Below, piece after piece: positions 45,725 to 57,304 of a stretch of 64,000 nucleotides of DNA. A program made the translations under genes and the position numbers. The notes beneath the pieces were generated by a model. It was not told where the DNA came from and ran no database searches. It saw nothing but the letters and a program-made list of their open reading frames with translations. This DNA is from Tissierellales bacterium (GTDB lineage: Bacteria > Bacillota > Clostridia > Tissierellales > Tissierellaceae): assembly GCA_030146705.1 (NCBI GenBank), contig JASLBE010000062.1, forward strand, positions 5,321 through 69,320. Direction: 5' to 3'. Each line of letters begins with the position of its first letter. The first letter of the stretch is position 1.

Positions 45725-46497
45725 GTATAAAATTTATATTGTCCTTAGTTGTAATAATTGCAGCAGGCTACTATATGGTAAAGGATGTTAAACTAGCAGT
45801 ACTTACCTTAGGTTTAGCTGTCTTAGGAGCATTAATTACAAAGGGTGGGGCTTTATTTGAAAGCTACCTCTCACCAACAATTTTTAATACTGTTGTAATA
45901 GCACTTGGTCTAATAGCCTTTGCTGTTTATTTTAATGGTAAGTTAAAGGAACAGAAAGTAGATGAAACACCGTCTATATTAATTACATTAGTAGAGTTTT
46001 TCACAGAGGCAGTAAATGGACTTGTAGAATCTACTATGGGTAAGAATAATATGATGTTTGCTCCTTATATATTTACCCTATTTATATTTTTAATAGTGTC
46101 AAATATAGCAGGAGTAATTGGGGTATCATCACCAACATCTAATTATTCTGTAACTTTATCTCTAGCATTAATAACCTTTGTTACGACACAGTATTTTGGA
46201 ATCAAAACTGCGGGAATAGGAGGATATTTAAAAGGGTTTTTTGCACCAATTCCACTATTGGCACCACTTAATATAATAGGGGAGCTAGCAAACCCAGTGT
46301 CACTTTCTTTCCGTTTGTTTGGTAATGTTCTTAGTGGTGGTTTGATAATGGCCTTAATAGCCAGTGCTTTTGGTACTTTAACAGCAGCCTTAGCACCAGC
46401 CTTAAATATTTACTTTGACTTATTCTCAGGAATATTACAGGCCTTTATATTTACAATGTTGACTATGGTTTTCATAGCAGGATCAATCAATGACTAG
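45721..46497 (+). CDS. atpB: F0F1 ATP synthase subunit a
   Basis: PVSLSFRLFGNVLSGG contains the conserved stator Arg. Polytopic. Confidence 0.93.
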   Translation: MSIKFILSLVVIIAAGYYMVKDVKLAVLTLGLAVLGALITKGGALFESYLSPTIFNTVVIALGLIAFAVYFNGKLKEQKVDETPSILITLVEFFTEAVNGLVESTMGKNNMMFAPYIFTLFIFLIVSNIAGVIGVSSPTSNYSVTLSLALITFVTTQYFGIKTAGIGGYLKGFFAPIPLLAPLNIIGELANPVSLSFRLFGNVLSGGLIMALIASAFGTLTAALAPALNIYFDLFSGILQAFIFTMLTMVFIAGSIND

Positions 46498-46522
46498 GAA
46501 AGTAGTAAAATTTAAAATTTAA

Positions 46523-46816
<294 letters not shown>

Positions 46817-46862
46817 TTCTTAGTTGATTAATGACTCAATATATTAGAAGGAGGGTTGTATT

Positions 46863-47378
46863 ATGCTAGATATTGTAGTTGAGGTTATACCTAATTTGCC
46901 GGAAATGATTGTAGTATGGATTACAATATTCTTTCTTTTTCGTTTATTAAGTAAGTTATTATATGAACCTGTAAACAAATTTATAAACAATAGACAAGAA
47001 AAAATAATGTCTAACTTAAATGAGGCTAAGGAAGCCAATGAGGCTGCAGCCAAGCTAAAGTTAGAGTATGAATCTAGGATTGCTGAAGCTAGGGAAGAAA
47101 GTCAAAAAATATTAGCAGAGGCCAGGACTAGGGGAGAAGAGCTTAAAAACGATATCTTGGCTGATGCTAAGGAGGAAGCTGAGAACTTAAAGGCAAGGGC
47201 TAGAAAAGATATTGAAAGAGAACAAGCAGCTGCTTTTGACTCTATTAAGTCTGAAACAGGAAATATGGCTATTTTAATTGCTTCAAAAATAATGGAAAAA
47301 GAGATGAATTTAGAAAACCAAGAGCAATTAGTTGATAAATTTATTGAAGAAGTGGGTAGTATGCCATGGCAGAATTAA
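46863..47378 (+). CDS. atpF: F0F1 ATP synthase subunit b
   Basis: One N-terminal TM followed by a long charged helix (RQEKIMSNLNEAKEANEAAAKLKLEYESRIAEAREE). Confidence 0.9.
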   Translation: MLDIVVEVIPNLPEMIVVWITIFFLFRLLSKLLYEPVNKFINNRQEKIMSNLNEAKEANEAAAKLKLEYESRIAEAREESQKILAEARTRGEELKNDILADAKEEAENLKARARKDIEREQAAAFDSIKSETGNMAILIASKIMEKEMNLENQEQLVDKFIEEVGSMPWQN

Positions 47379-47908
47379 TAGGAAAAAGATACGCGGATGC
47401 TTTATTTGAAGCTGGAAGCGACTTAAATAAAATTGAAGACTTTTATGGGGAGTTAGAAATTCTCGAATCTGCTTTTACTAGTGAGGAGAAACTAATTCAA
47501 ATCCTTAGTCATCCTAAGATTAAAAAGCAGGAAAAAAAGGATTTAGTAGACAAGATATTTAAGGAAAGTGTATCCCAGGAGATACTAAATTTTCTTTACA
47601 TCCTAATAGATAAAAATAGGGAAAGTAATATCTTAGACATTATAGGTATTTACAGAGACTTATACTATAATTATAAGGGGATTTTAAGAGTTCTAGCTAT
47701 TACAGCTATGCCTATGAAGGAAGCTAGTAGAGAAAGGCTGGCAAGTGTACTAGAAGAAAAATTAAATAAGAAAATTTTAATTAGAAATAAGGTTGATGAA
47801 GATATTATAGGCGGAATAAGACTTGAAATAGAAGGAAAACTTATAGATGGTACAATTAAAGGTAAGTTGGAAGCTATGGCAAGGACTTTTAAAGCTGCTA
47901 CAAACTAG
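47366..47908 (+). CDS. atpH: F0F1 ATP synthase subunit delta
   Basis: RYADALFEA N-terminus and the C-terminal IGG.R.EI....IDG.IKGKL. Overlaps the atpF stop. Confidence 0.9.
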   Translation: MAELIGKRYADALFEAGSDLNKIEDFYGELEILESAFTSEEKLIQILSHPKIKKQEKKDLVDKIFKESVSQEILNFLYILIDKNRESNILDIIGIYRDLYYNYKGILRVLAITAMPMKEASRERLASVLEEKLNKKILIRNKVDEDIIGGIRLEIEGKLIDGTIKGKLEAMARTFKAATN

Positions 47909-47926
47909 AAGGAGCGAGGTGATTAA

Positions 47927-49432
47927 ATGGCAGCGTTAAGGCCAGAAGAGATTAGTTCCATTATAAAGGAACAAATTAAAAGATATGACCAAAGTTTAGA
48001 TTTAGTAGATACAGGTACAGTTATCCAAGTTGGTGACGGGATCTCTAGAATCCATGGCTTAGAAGGTTGTATGGCTGGAGAGCTAATTGAGTTTCCAGGA
48101 GAAGTTTACGGAATGGCTCTTAACTTAGAAGAAGGCAATATAGGTTGTGTACTTTTAGGTTCAGATAAGGAAATAAAAGAGGGAGACACTGTAAAGAGAA
48201 CAGGAAGGATTGTTGAGGTTCCTGTTGGAGATGTAATGATTGGTAGGGTAGTTAATGCCTTAGGACAAGCCATTGATGGCAAGGGGGAAATTAAGGCTGA
48301 GAAGTTTAGTCCTATTGAAAAAATAGCCCCAGGTGTTATTGAAAGGCAAAGTGTTTTCCAACCAATTCAAACGGGAATTAAGGCCATAGACTCAATTATA
48401 CCGATTGGTAGGGGCCAAAGGGAGTTAATTATAGGTGATAGGCAGACTGGTAAGACAGCTATTGCTATTGATACTATAATAAACCAAAAAGAGGAAGATG
48501 TAATTTGTATTTATGTAGCCATAGGACAAAAGAGGTCAACGGTTGCCCAAATTGTTGATACTTTAGAAAGAAGAGGAGCAATGGACTATACTATAGTAGT
48601 TTCTGCTACTGCAGGAGAACTTGCACCACTTCAATATATAGCGCCATATGCAGGTGTTTCAATGGCAGAAGAGTTTATGGACCAAGGTAAGGATGTTTTA
48701 ATAGTTTATGATGACTTGTCTAAGCATGCTGTTGCCTATAGGGCCATGTCCTTACTATTAAGAAGACCACCAGGAAGAGAGGCCTTTCCAGGAGATGTAT
48801 TCTATTTACACTCTAGACTTTTAGAAAGGGCCGCAAAACTTTCTGATAAAAATGGTGGGGGAAGTATTACAGCCCTTCCAATAATTGAAACACAAGCAGG
48901 AGATATTTCTGCCTATATACCGACTAATGTTATTTCTATAACTGATGGTCAAATATTCTTAGAAACTGACTTGTTCTTTGCGGGACAAAGACCAGCTATA
49001 AACTCTGGACTTTCAGTATCTAGGGTAGGTGGAGATGCTCAAAACAAGGCCATGAAAAAAGTATCTAAGAGTATAAAATTAGAGCTTGCACAGTATAGAG
49101 AGTTAGCATCTTTTGCACAGTTTGGATCTGAGTTAGATGAGAGCACTAAGAGGACTCTAGACCAAGGTGTTAGGATTTTAGAAGTTCTAAAACAACCACA
49201 ATATAGCCCAGTTCCAGTGGAGCAACAAGTTGTAATATTATATTCTGTAATGAATGGATACCTATCTGATGTTCCAGTGGAAAGAATTAAAGACTTTGAA
49301 CAAGAGTTTATGCTTTATATAGATAACAACCATAAGGAAATTTTTGAAGAGATTAAAGAAACAGCTGATTTAACTGATGAAACAATAGAGAAAATAAAGA
49401 AAGCTATAGAAGAGTTTAAGAAAAGTTTTTAA
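47927..49432 (+). CDS. atpA: F0F1 ATP synthase subunit alpha
   Basis: Walker [16 protein letters not shown], plus [11 protein letters not shown] and [20 protein letters not shown]. Confidence 0.98.
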   Translation: MAALRPEEISSIIKEQIKRYDQSLDLVDTGTVIQVGDGISRIHGLEGCMAGELIEFPGEVYGMALNLEEGNIGCVLLGSDKEIKEGDTVKRTGRIVEVPVGDVMIGRVVNALGQAIDGKGEIKAEKFSPIEKIAPGVIERQSVFQPIQTGIKAIDSIIPIGRGQRELIIGDRQTGKTAIAIDTIINQKEEDVICIYVAIGQKRSTVAQIVDTLERRGAMDYTIVVSATAGELAPLQYIAPYAGVSMAEEFMDQGKDVLIVYDDLSKHAVAYRAMSLLLRRPPGREAFPGDVFYLHSRLLERAAKLSDKNGGGSITALPIIETQAGDISAYIPTNVISITDGQIFLETDLFFAGQRPAINSGLSVSRVGGDAQNKAMKKVSKSIKLELAQYRELASFAQFGSELDESTKRTLDQGVRILEVLKQPQYSPVPVEQQVVILYSVMNGYLSDVPVERIKDFEQEFMLYIDNNHKEIFEEIKETADLTDETIEKIKKAIEEFKKSF

Positions 49433-49460
49433 ATTTTATTAGCTGTCTGGGGGTGTAAAT

Positions 49461-50324
49461 GTGGGAAGATCGATGCAGGAAATTAGTAGACGTATTCGTG
49501 GAGTAAGTAGTACCATGCAGATTACCAGAGCTATGGAAATGGTTTCCTCTGTAAAACTTAGAAGATCTAGAGAAAAACTAGAAACAACCAGACCCTATTA
49601 TGAAACTGTTCTTGAAAATATACAAAATGTATTGGGAACTGTAAAAGGTGTTAGGCACCCCCTACTTGAAGAAAGGGAGGTTAAAAACACCCTTTATATA
49701 GTTTTAACTTCAGATAGGGGCTTGGCTGGTGGATATAATTCTAATGTGAATAAGCTGGCTATTGAAGAAGCAGGAAAGTCTAAGGGAAATCCTAAGTTTA
49801 TAACTGTTGGACTTAAGGCTTATGACCATTTTAGGAAAAAAAATGATATAGTAAAGCACTTCTTAGGCATAAGTGAGGAGCCTGAGTTTAGTGATGCTGT
49901 TGAAATTGCCAATATTGCACTTGATTTATATAAAAAAGGTGAAGTTGATGAGGTAAAAATTATCTATACTAAATTTGAAAGTATGATTAAACAAACAGCT
50001 AAATCCTTAAGAGTTTTACCAGCAGTCAAGGTATATGATGATATGGAAAAAGATAGGGAAGCCAAAGTGCTAATGGAGTTTGAACCAAGTGCAGAAAGTG
50101 TACTTGATTTTCTAATTCCAATGTATTTGGAAAGTACAATTTATGGTGCCTTAATAGAGGCATCTGTTAGTGAGCAGGGTGCTAGGCAAGTAGCTATGGA
50201 ATCTGCTACGGACAATGCGGAAGAAATAATTGAAGACTTAGAGTTAACATACAATAGAGCTAGACAGGAAGCTATTACTATGGAAATATCTGAAATAGTT
50301 TCTGGTGCAGAGGCTTTGAAATAA
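49461..50324 (+). CDS. atpG: F0F1 ATP synthase subunit gamma
   Basis: I.RRI..V.ST.QIT.AMEMVS..KLRR N-terminus and the C-terminal YNRARQEAIT.EI.EIVSGAEAL. GTG start at 49461; ATG at 49473 is an alternative. Confidence 0.93.
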   Translation: MGRSMQEISRRIRGVSSTMQITRAMEMVSSVKLRRSREKLETTRPYYETVLENIQNVLGTVKGVRHPLLEEREVKNTLYIVLTSDRGLAGGYNSNVNKLAIEEAGKSKGNPKFITVGLKAYDHFRKKNDIVKHFLGISEEPEFSDAVEIANIALDLYKKGEVDEVKIIYTKFESMIKQTAKSLRVLPAVKVYDDMEKDREAKVLMEFEPSAESVLDFLIPMYLESTIYGALIEASVSEQGARQVAMESATDNAEEIIEDLELTYNRARQEAITMEISEIVSGAEALK

Positions 50325-50327
50325 TAG

Positions 50328-51749
<1,422 letters not shown>

Positions 51750-51752
51750 ATT

Positions 51753-52148
51753 ATGCTAGAACTGGAAATAGTAACTCCAGATAGGTTGTTTTACTCTGGA
51801 GAAGTGGAGAAGGTTATTGCTAGGGGCTCTGAGGGAGACTTGGCAGTATTAAATAACCGTGCTCCTATAACAACGCCGTTGAAAATAGGTAGGGTAAGAA
51901 TATTTGAAAATGGCAAGGAAAGGATAGCAGCTATTTCTGAAGGATATATGTCTGTTCTAGATAATAAGGTTACACTAGTAACCCATTCAGCTGAGTGGCC
52001 AGATGAAATAGATGTCAACCGTGCCAAAGAAGCCCTTAAGAGGGCTGAAACTAGGCTTAAAAATAAACCTGAGGGTTTAGATGTGGCCAGGGCAGAGCTT
52101 GCTCTTAAAAGGGCTGCCAATAGGTTGGATTTAAAAGACTTAAAATAA
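51753..52148 (+). CDS. atpC: F0F1 ATP synthase subunit epsilon
   Basis: L.IVTP....Y.GEV N-terminus and a C-terminal helical hairpin (ID..RA..A..RAE.RL). 131 aa. Confidence 0.93.
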   Translation: MLELEIVTPDRLFYSGEVEKVIARGSEGDLAVLNNRAPITTPLKIGRVRIFENGKERIAAISEGYMSVLDNKVTLVTHSAEWPDEIDVNRAKEALKRAETRLKNKPEGLDVARAELALKRAANRLDLKDLK

Positions 52149-52155
52149 AAGACTA

Positions 52156-52192
52156 AAAGGTATCTACAATATAATTTGTAGGTACTTTTTTT
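52156..52192 (+). terminator. Terminator of the atp operon
   Basis: GTATCTACAA-(6 nt)-TTGTAGGTAC (one G-U pair) followed by T7. Confidence 0.85.
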
Positions 52193-52203
52193 AGGAGGAA
52201 AAG

Positions 52204-53379
52204 ATGAAGAAAAAATTTTATTTATTACTAACTATCTTGGTCTTGGTTCCCAATTTAGTTTTTGCCAAGGAATTGGATACTAGGATACTTAAGACAGACA
52301 GGGAATATCTTAATAAGACTTATGAGTTTGCTAAGGGAAATAAGGCCCCTAAAATTAACCTAGATGACTTTACTTTTTTAAAACAGTCAGTCCAGGTTTT
52401 AGCAAGTGATGATGACTATCTTTGGGCAGTAGCTGGAAATGAAAAAGATGGCTATGCTAAGGTTTTATATAGGTCTTCAGACCTAGGAGAAAGCTATGAA
52501 AAAGTATATGTTTTTAAAAAGAGGATAGAAGGGATACATATAAGTCCCCAGGGGGTTATATTTGTTTCTATAAGCGATGGCAGGTGGGAAAAAAATGCAG
52601 GTTGTGAAATTTTTAGGTCAGACAACCAGGGAAAAAGCTTTAAAAGGGTTTTAAAGTTAAAGTCTGGGGCAGCTATTAATTGGAATTTTGCCAGTGATGA
52701 AGATGGTTATGTTTTTATATCTGAATATGGCTATAAGGAACTTCCAAATAATGCTAGGAGGATATATAGGTCAAAGGATTCTGGCCTTAGCTTTCAAATT
52801 GTCTATGAGCCCAAGGAGGTTTTTCATAGCCACAACCATGTAATCCAGATAGATAAAGACAACAAAAATATAATCTACCAGTCAGTTGGGGATATCCATA
52901 AGCAGGTCTTAGTATCCTATAATAGGGGAGACAGCTGGCAAAAGTTAATCCATGACATTAATCCAACTGCCCTGGTTCAAGTGGGGGATAAGATGCTTTT
53001 TGGACTTGACAACCACCCAAGATCAGGGATTATGGCCTATGATAAAAAAACTAAGAAACTAGGCTACTCCTTTATGACTCCACCACCATACAAGGGGTCT
53101 ATTTATGACATATTATATGAAGGAGATATATTATATGCAGGCCTAATGTCCTATAGTCAAAAGGACCACACTTGGCCAGGAACTATGTTTATATCTAGGG
53201 ACAGGGGTAAGAACTGGGAAAATGCTCTTATTTGGCCAAAAATAACAGAAAAATCTGGAATAGGTTTTTATAATATGGTAGCCAAGGATGGCTATGGTTT
53301 TATTAACTGTATGCTACCTATGTATGTAAGGGGAGAACCAGGCCATTATACAGGAACTGTTAGGTTTAAACTTAAGTAG
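52204..53379 (+). CDS. Secreted BNR/Asp-box repeat beta-propeller protein (sialidase-like fold)
   Basis: Signal peptide. Five Asp-box-like motifs: SSDLGESY, SDNQGKSF, SKDSGLSF, NRGDSW, SRDRGKNW. Confidence 0.7.
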   Translation: MKKKFYLLLTILVLVPNLVFAKELDTRILKTDREYLNKTYEFAKGNKAPKINLDDFTFLKQSVQVLASDDDYLWAVAGNEKDGYAKVLYRSSDLGESYEKVYVFKKRIEGIHISPQGVIFVSISDGRWEKNAGCEIFRSDNQGKSFKRVLKLKSGAAINWNFASDEDGYVFISEYGYKELPNNARRIYRSKDSGLSFQIVYEPKEVFHSHNHVIQIDKDNKNIIYQSVGDIHKQVLVSYNRGDSWQKLIHDINPTALVQVGDKMLFGLDNHPRSGIMAYDKKTKKLGYSFMTPPPYKGSIYDILYEGDILYAGLMSYSQKDHTWPGTMFISRDRGKNWENALIWPKITEKSGIGFYNMVAKDGYGFINCMLPMYVRGEPGHYTGTVRFKLK

Positions 53380-53405
53380 GAAGAGCTTATTTTCCTACTT
53401 TTTTA
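53376..53405 (+). terminator. Terminator after the BNR protein gene
   Basis: GTAGGAA-(9 nt)-TTCCTAC followed by T6. Overlaps the stop codon. Confidence 0.7.
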
Positions 53406-53433
53406 TTTACAAATCATATTAAATCAGTATAAT
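53406..53433 (+). promoter_or_regulatory. Sigma-A promoter upstream of murA (long ~195-nt leader)
   Basis: TTTACA (53406-53411), 16-nt spacer, TATAAT (53428-53433). Confidence 0.5.
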
Positions 53434-53633
53434 ATTATAAGGAGATTAATTAAGTTTTCTTATATTACAGGTATATTACAAAAAAGCCTTAAAGATATAG
53501 AAATAAATAATGATTAATGATATAATTATAATGGTATAGATTTAATATTTAAAAATATAATTAGAATACTTAGAATATACTTGAATTTTACTTGCAATAT
53601 ATAGATTAGCATAAATTTTGGGAGGAGATTTTT

Positions 53634-54890
53634 TTGGATAAATTAATGGTTGAAAAGAGTTTACCATTAAAGGGAAACGTTAGAGTATCTGGGGCTAAAA
53701 ATTCAGCGCTTCCTATACTGGCAGCATCATTACTTGGGACTGAGGATATTATATTAGAGGATGTACCAGCACTGAAAGATGTGGGGGTTATGTGCCAAGT
53801 ATTGGAATCCCTTGGTGCTAAAGTAGAGAAACTTGGAAAGAATACAATAAAAATAAATTCAAAAGATATAAACAACTATGAAACAAAATATGAACTTATG
53901 AGTAAAATGAGGGCATCCTTTTTGGTTATGGGTCCTTTACTTGGTAGGCTGGGTAAGACAAAGAACTCCCTACCTGGTGGATGTGCCATAGGTACTAGGC
54001 CTATAGACCTTCACTTAAAGGGTTTTAAAATTCTAGGGGCAGAAATTGACTCAGACCATGGTAATATTGCAGCCTTTGCAGAAGAACTAGTTGGAGATAG
54101 GATTTATTTAGACTTCCCTTCTGTTGGGGCAACTGAAAATATTATGATGGCAGCTGTACTTGCCAAGGGAGAAACAACAATAGATAATGCGGCTATGGAA
54201 CCGGAAATAGTAGACTTGGCTAACTTCTTAAACAAGCTAGGTGGAGATGTTAGGGGGGCTGGAACTTCTACTATTAGGATTAGAGGGGTTGAGAGGCTTA
54301 CTGGTGGTAAGCACCGTATAATTCCAGATAGGATAGAGGCTGGTACCTTTATGGTTGCATCTGCAATTACAGGTGGGGATATAGTTGTTGAAAATGTAAT
54401 AACTAGCCATATTAAACCTGTTATAGCTAAATTGGAAGAGGCTGGTTGTGAGATAAGTGTAAACGCTGATAAGGTTAGGGTTAAAAGCAATGGTAGGTGT
54501 AAGGCTATTGATATAAAAACTATGCCGTATCCAGGATTTCCAACTGATATGCAGTCACAATTTATGGCTCTTATGAGTGTTTGTGAGGGGACTTCTGTTT
54601 GTATTGAAACTGTTTTTGAGAATAGGTTTATGCATGTTGATGAACTTAAGAGGATGGGGGCAGACATTAAGATAGATGGTAGGTCTGCAATTATATACGG
54701 AGTGGATTCTTTAACTTCTGCACCTGTTAAGGCTACAGACTTAAGGGCTGGAGCTGCCTTGGTTCTTGCGGGACTTATTTCAGAAGGGGTTACAGAGGTT
54801 TCAAATATTGAACATATTGATAGAGGGTATGAAAATATAGAAGATAAGCTGAAAAGTTTGGGAGCAAAAATTAAAAGAGTAAAGGCTTAG
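53634..54890 (+). CDS. murA: UDP-N-acetylglucosamine 1-carboxyvinyltransferase
   Basis: TTG start 6 nt after GGAGGAG. VSGAKNSALPILAA, active-site Cys in LPGGCAIGTRPIDLH, FPTDMQ, and DLRAGAALVLAGL. Confidence 0.96.
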   Translation: MDKLMVEKSLPLKGNVRVSGAKNSALPILAASLLGTEDIILEDVPALKDVGVMCQVLESLGAKVEKLGKNTIKINSKDINNYETKYELMSKMRASFLVMGPLLGRLGKTKNSLPGGCAIGTRPIDLHLKGFKILGAEIDSDHGNIAAFAEELVGDRIYLDFPSVGATENIMMAAVLAKGETTIDNAAMEPEIVDLANFLNKLGGDVRGAGTSTIRIRGVERLTGGKHRIIPDRIEAGTFMVASAITGGDIVVENVITSHIKPVIAKLEEAGCEISVNADKVRVKSNGRCKAIDIKTMPYPGFPTDMQSQFMALMSVCEGTSVCIETVFENRFMHVDELKRMGADIKIDGRSAIIYGVDSLTSAPVKATDLRAGAALVLAGLISEGVTEVSNIEHIDRGYENIEDKLKSLGAKIKRVKA

Positions 54891-54942
54891 TTTAAACGAA
54901 TTAATTAAATTATGTAAAATTTTGAAAATTATAAAAAATCTC

Positions 54943-54970
54943 TTTACATAGTTAAAAAGAGTGATATAAT
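54943..54970 (+). promoter_or_regulatory. Sigma-A promoter with no downstream CDS (between murA and mreB)
   Basis: TTTACA (54943-54948), 16-nt spacer ending in TGa, TATAAT (54965-54970). Confidence 0.5.
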
Positions 54971-54976
54971 TATAAA

Positions 54977-55066
54977 TAGGAAGTTTATATTTAGCCTATC
55001 CTTAAGATTTTAATCTATAGATTGAAGGACCATCTTTTATAATATAAGATGGTTCTTCTTTTGTTT
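54977..55066 (+). ncRNA. Candidate ~90-nt small RNA ending at an intrinsic terminator
   Basis: Runs from the predicted start after the 54943-54970 promoter to the GGACCATCTT-(9 nt)-AAGATGGTTC hairpin (55027-55055) plus TTCTTTTGTTT. No RBS-preceded ORF. mreB has its own TGgTATACT extended -10 further downstream. The same hairpin may also terminate murA. Confidence 0.3.
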
Positions 55067-55160
55067 AAAATTAAAATGGTGGTATAGTTTATAAATAATA
55101 TAATTATATGGTATACTAAGGTGTGAATAAAATTATTAATATACTTAATGAGGTGAATTA

Positions 55161-56189
55161 ATGTTTGGGTTTAGAAAAGATATAGGAATAGACTTAGGTA
55201 CTGCTAGTGTATTAGTTTACATGAAAAACAAGGGTGTAATACTACAAGAGCCATCAGTGGTAGCTTTAGATACAGTAAAGGACGAATTTTTAGCTGTTGG
55301 AGAAGATGCTAGGAGGATGCTTGGTAAGACTCCAGGAAATATAGTAGCGATTAGGCCACTTAAGGATGGTGTAATTTCTGACTATAATATTACAAAGAGA
55401 ATGTTGAAATATTTTATAAAAAAATCAGGAGGCAACTCTTTAATTAGGCCAAGGGTTGTTGTTTGTGTTCCTTCTGGAATTACAGAGGTTGAGAAAAGAG
55501 CGGTTTTAGAAGCTACTTATGAGGCTGGAGCTAAGAGGGCATTTTTAATAGAAGAGCCAATTGCTGCAGCTATTGGTGCGGGTATAGATATAACAGAGCC
55601 AGATGGTATTATGGTGGTTGACATAGGGGGAGGAACAACTGATGTTGCTGTAATTTCCCTAGGAGGAATTGTTGTAAGCAAATCTATTAAAATAGCTGGA
55701 GATGACTTTGATGATTATATTATAAAGTATATTAAGAACAAGTATAATATGATGATTGGGGAAAGGTCTGCTGAAAAGCTTAAAGTTACAGTGGGTACAG
55801 CCTATAATAGAGAGGAAGAAGTTTTCCAAGAAATTAAGGGAAGAAACCTTTTAACTGGACTACCTATAACAATATCTGTAAGTAGTACAGAGATGATGGA
55901 TGCTTTAAAGGAGCCTGTTGCAGAAATAGTTGCTACAATTAAGGCTGTCTTAGAAATTACCCCTCCAGAACTTGCATCAGATATATCAGACAAGGGGATA
56001 ATTATGACAGGGGGAGGGTCCTTGCTATATGGACTAGACAAACTAGTAGAAGAGGCAACTCATATAGAAACTAACCTGGCAGAAGATCCTGTTTCTTGTG
56101 TGGCTATTGGAACTGGAAAATCCTTGGAGTGGATATCTGTCTTAGATGGAGATGTACTTAGGGAAGACTTAAGTAGTAAGTATAAATAA
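55161..56189 (+). CDS. mreB: Rod shape-determining protein MreB/Mbl
   Basis: DIGIDLGTASVLVY, EPSVVA, ITEVEKRAV, EEPIAAAIGAG and VVDIGGGTTDVAVISLGG. Confidence 0.95.
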   Translation: MFGFRKDIGIDLGTASVLVYMKNKGVILQEPSVVALDTVKDEFLAVGEDARRMLGKTPGNIVAIRPLKDGVISDYNITKRMLKYFIKKSGGNSLIRPRVVVCVPSGITEVEKRAVLEATYEAGAKRAFLIEEPIAAAIGAGIDITEPDGIMVVDIGGGTTDVAVISLGGIVVSKSIKIAGDDFDDYIIKYIKNKYNMMIGERSAEKLKVTVGTAYNREEEVFQEIKGRNLLTGLPITISVSSTEMMDALKEPVAEIVATIKAVLEITPPELASDISDKGIIMTGGGSLLYGLDKLVEEATHIETNLAEDPVSCVAIGTGKSLEWISVLDGDVLREDLSSKYK

Positions 56190-56450
56190 ATTTTAATATA
56201 TAGGGATGGAGTTAATAATTTAATTTCCTAGTCAAAAACCTATATTTGGCTAGGAATACAATTATTGGCCTAAGAAAACTTATAAATAAATTTTTATTAT
56301 AAAGAAATTTTAAAGAATGGTAGATATTTATTGGGGACTGTGGTAATATACAGATAATAGTATGATATATTTATTGCCTGCCAGTAGGTTGGTGGTAAAT
56401 ATTATTATTACATAATAATTTATGATGTCCCTATAATTATTATTATATTA

Positions 56451-56483
56451 AAAGGCGCTAGTAAACTACTAGTGCTTTTTATT
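56451..56483 (+). terminator. Orphan plus-strand intrinsic terminator upstream of the crp/fnr gene
   Basis: GCGCTAGTA-AAC-TACTAGTGC (one G-U pair) followed by TTTTTATT. No CDS lies between mreB (ends 56189) and this site. Confidence 0.6.
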
Positions 56484-56537
56484 ATGCACTTATTTTATCC
56501 AGGCTTTTGGGTATATAGTTACTACTAGTTATAGGGG

Positions 56538-57209
56538 GTGGAAATAATTATAGAAATTTTAAAGTCAAGTACCCTATTTAAGGGCTTTGGCCAAGAAGAA
56601 ATAGAGGACTTACTAAGTTTAGATTTTTGTAGTATAAGGGAGGTAAAAAAAGACTCCTATATTTTTCATCAAGGGGATAGGCCAGAATATATGTATGTCC
56701 TTTTAGAGGGGTCTGTCCAAGTTGAGAAGATAGATATTAATGGGAAAAGAGTTATAGTAAATATTTTTACAAGACCAGGAACAGTTTTTGCAGAAGTATA
56801 CCTGTACTTGGGAGACCATAATTATGACTATGGCTGTCTTGCTAGGGAAGACACAAGATGTCTTGAAATATCCAAAGATTTTTTTAAAGAGGACAGCTTG
56901 GTCCAGAAAAAAGTAACTCAAAATATGCTGGAAATTTTATCCAATAAGGCCTTCTACCTAAACCAGAAACTTTTAATTATGGGAAGTTTTAGCCTAAAGC
57001 AAAAAATAGCCAACTATCTTCTTCAAAAGCTGGAAGGTTCAAGGGAGGTAGGACTTGTCTATAATAGGGAGGAGTTAGCAGACTTTCTTGGAACCACTAG
57101 ACCTTCTCTTTCCAGGGAGCTTAGTAATATGGAGAAAGAGGGCCTAATAAGGGTGAAGAAGGGGTCCATAGAAGTTGTAAGCCTGGAGGGACTAGAAAAT
57201 ATTATTTAG
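56538..57209 (+). CDS. Crp/Fnr family transcriptional regulator
   Basis: cNMP-binding fold (LFKGFGQEEIEDLL....R...KDSYIFHQGD) and C-terminal HTH (REELADFLGTTRPSLSRELSNMEKEGLI). The start codon is uncertain: the GTG at 56538 abuts a G-rich stretch. Confidence 0.85.
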   Translation: MEIIIEILKSSTLFKGFGQEEIEDLLSLDFCSIREVKKDSYIFHQGDRPEYMYVLLEGSVQVEKIDINGKRVIVNIFTRPGTVFAEVYLYLGDHNYDYGCLAREDTRCLEISKDFFKEDSLVQKKVTQNMLEILSNKAFYLNQKLLIMGSFSLKQKIANYLLQKLEGSREVGLVYNREELADFLGTTRPSLSRELSNMEKEGLIRVKKGSIEVVSLEGLENII

Positions 57210-57304
57210 CCTAGGAACTGTAACATATGTTACAGTTTTTATATTTTTTATTGATTATAATAAGCCCATAGACAATAAGAAAAGTTTTATGGGAGGGATA
57301 GTTT

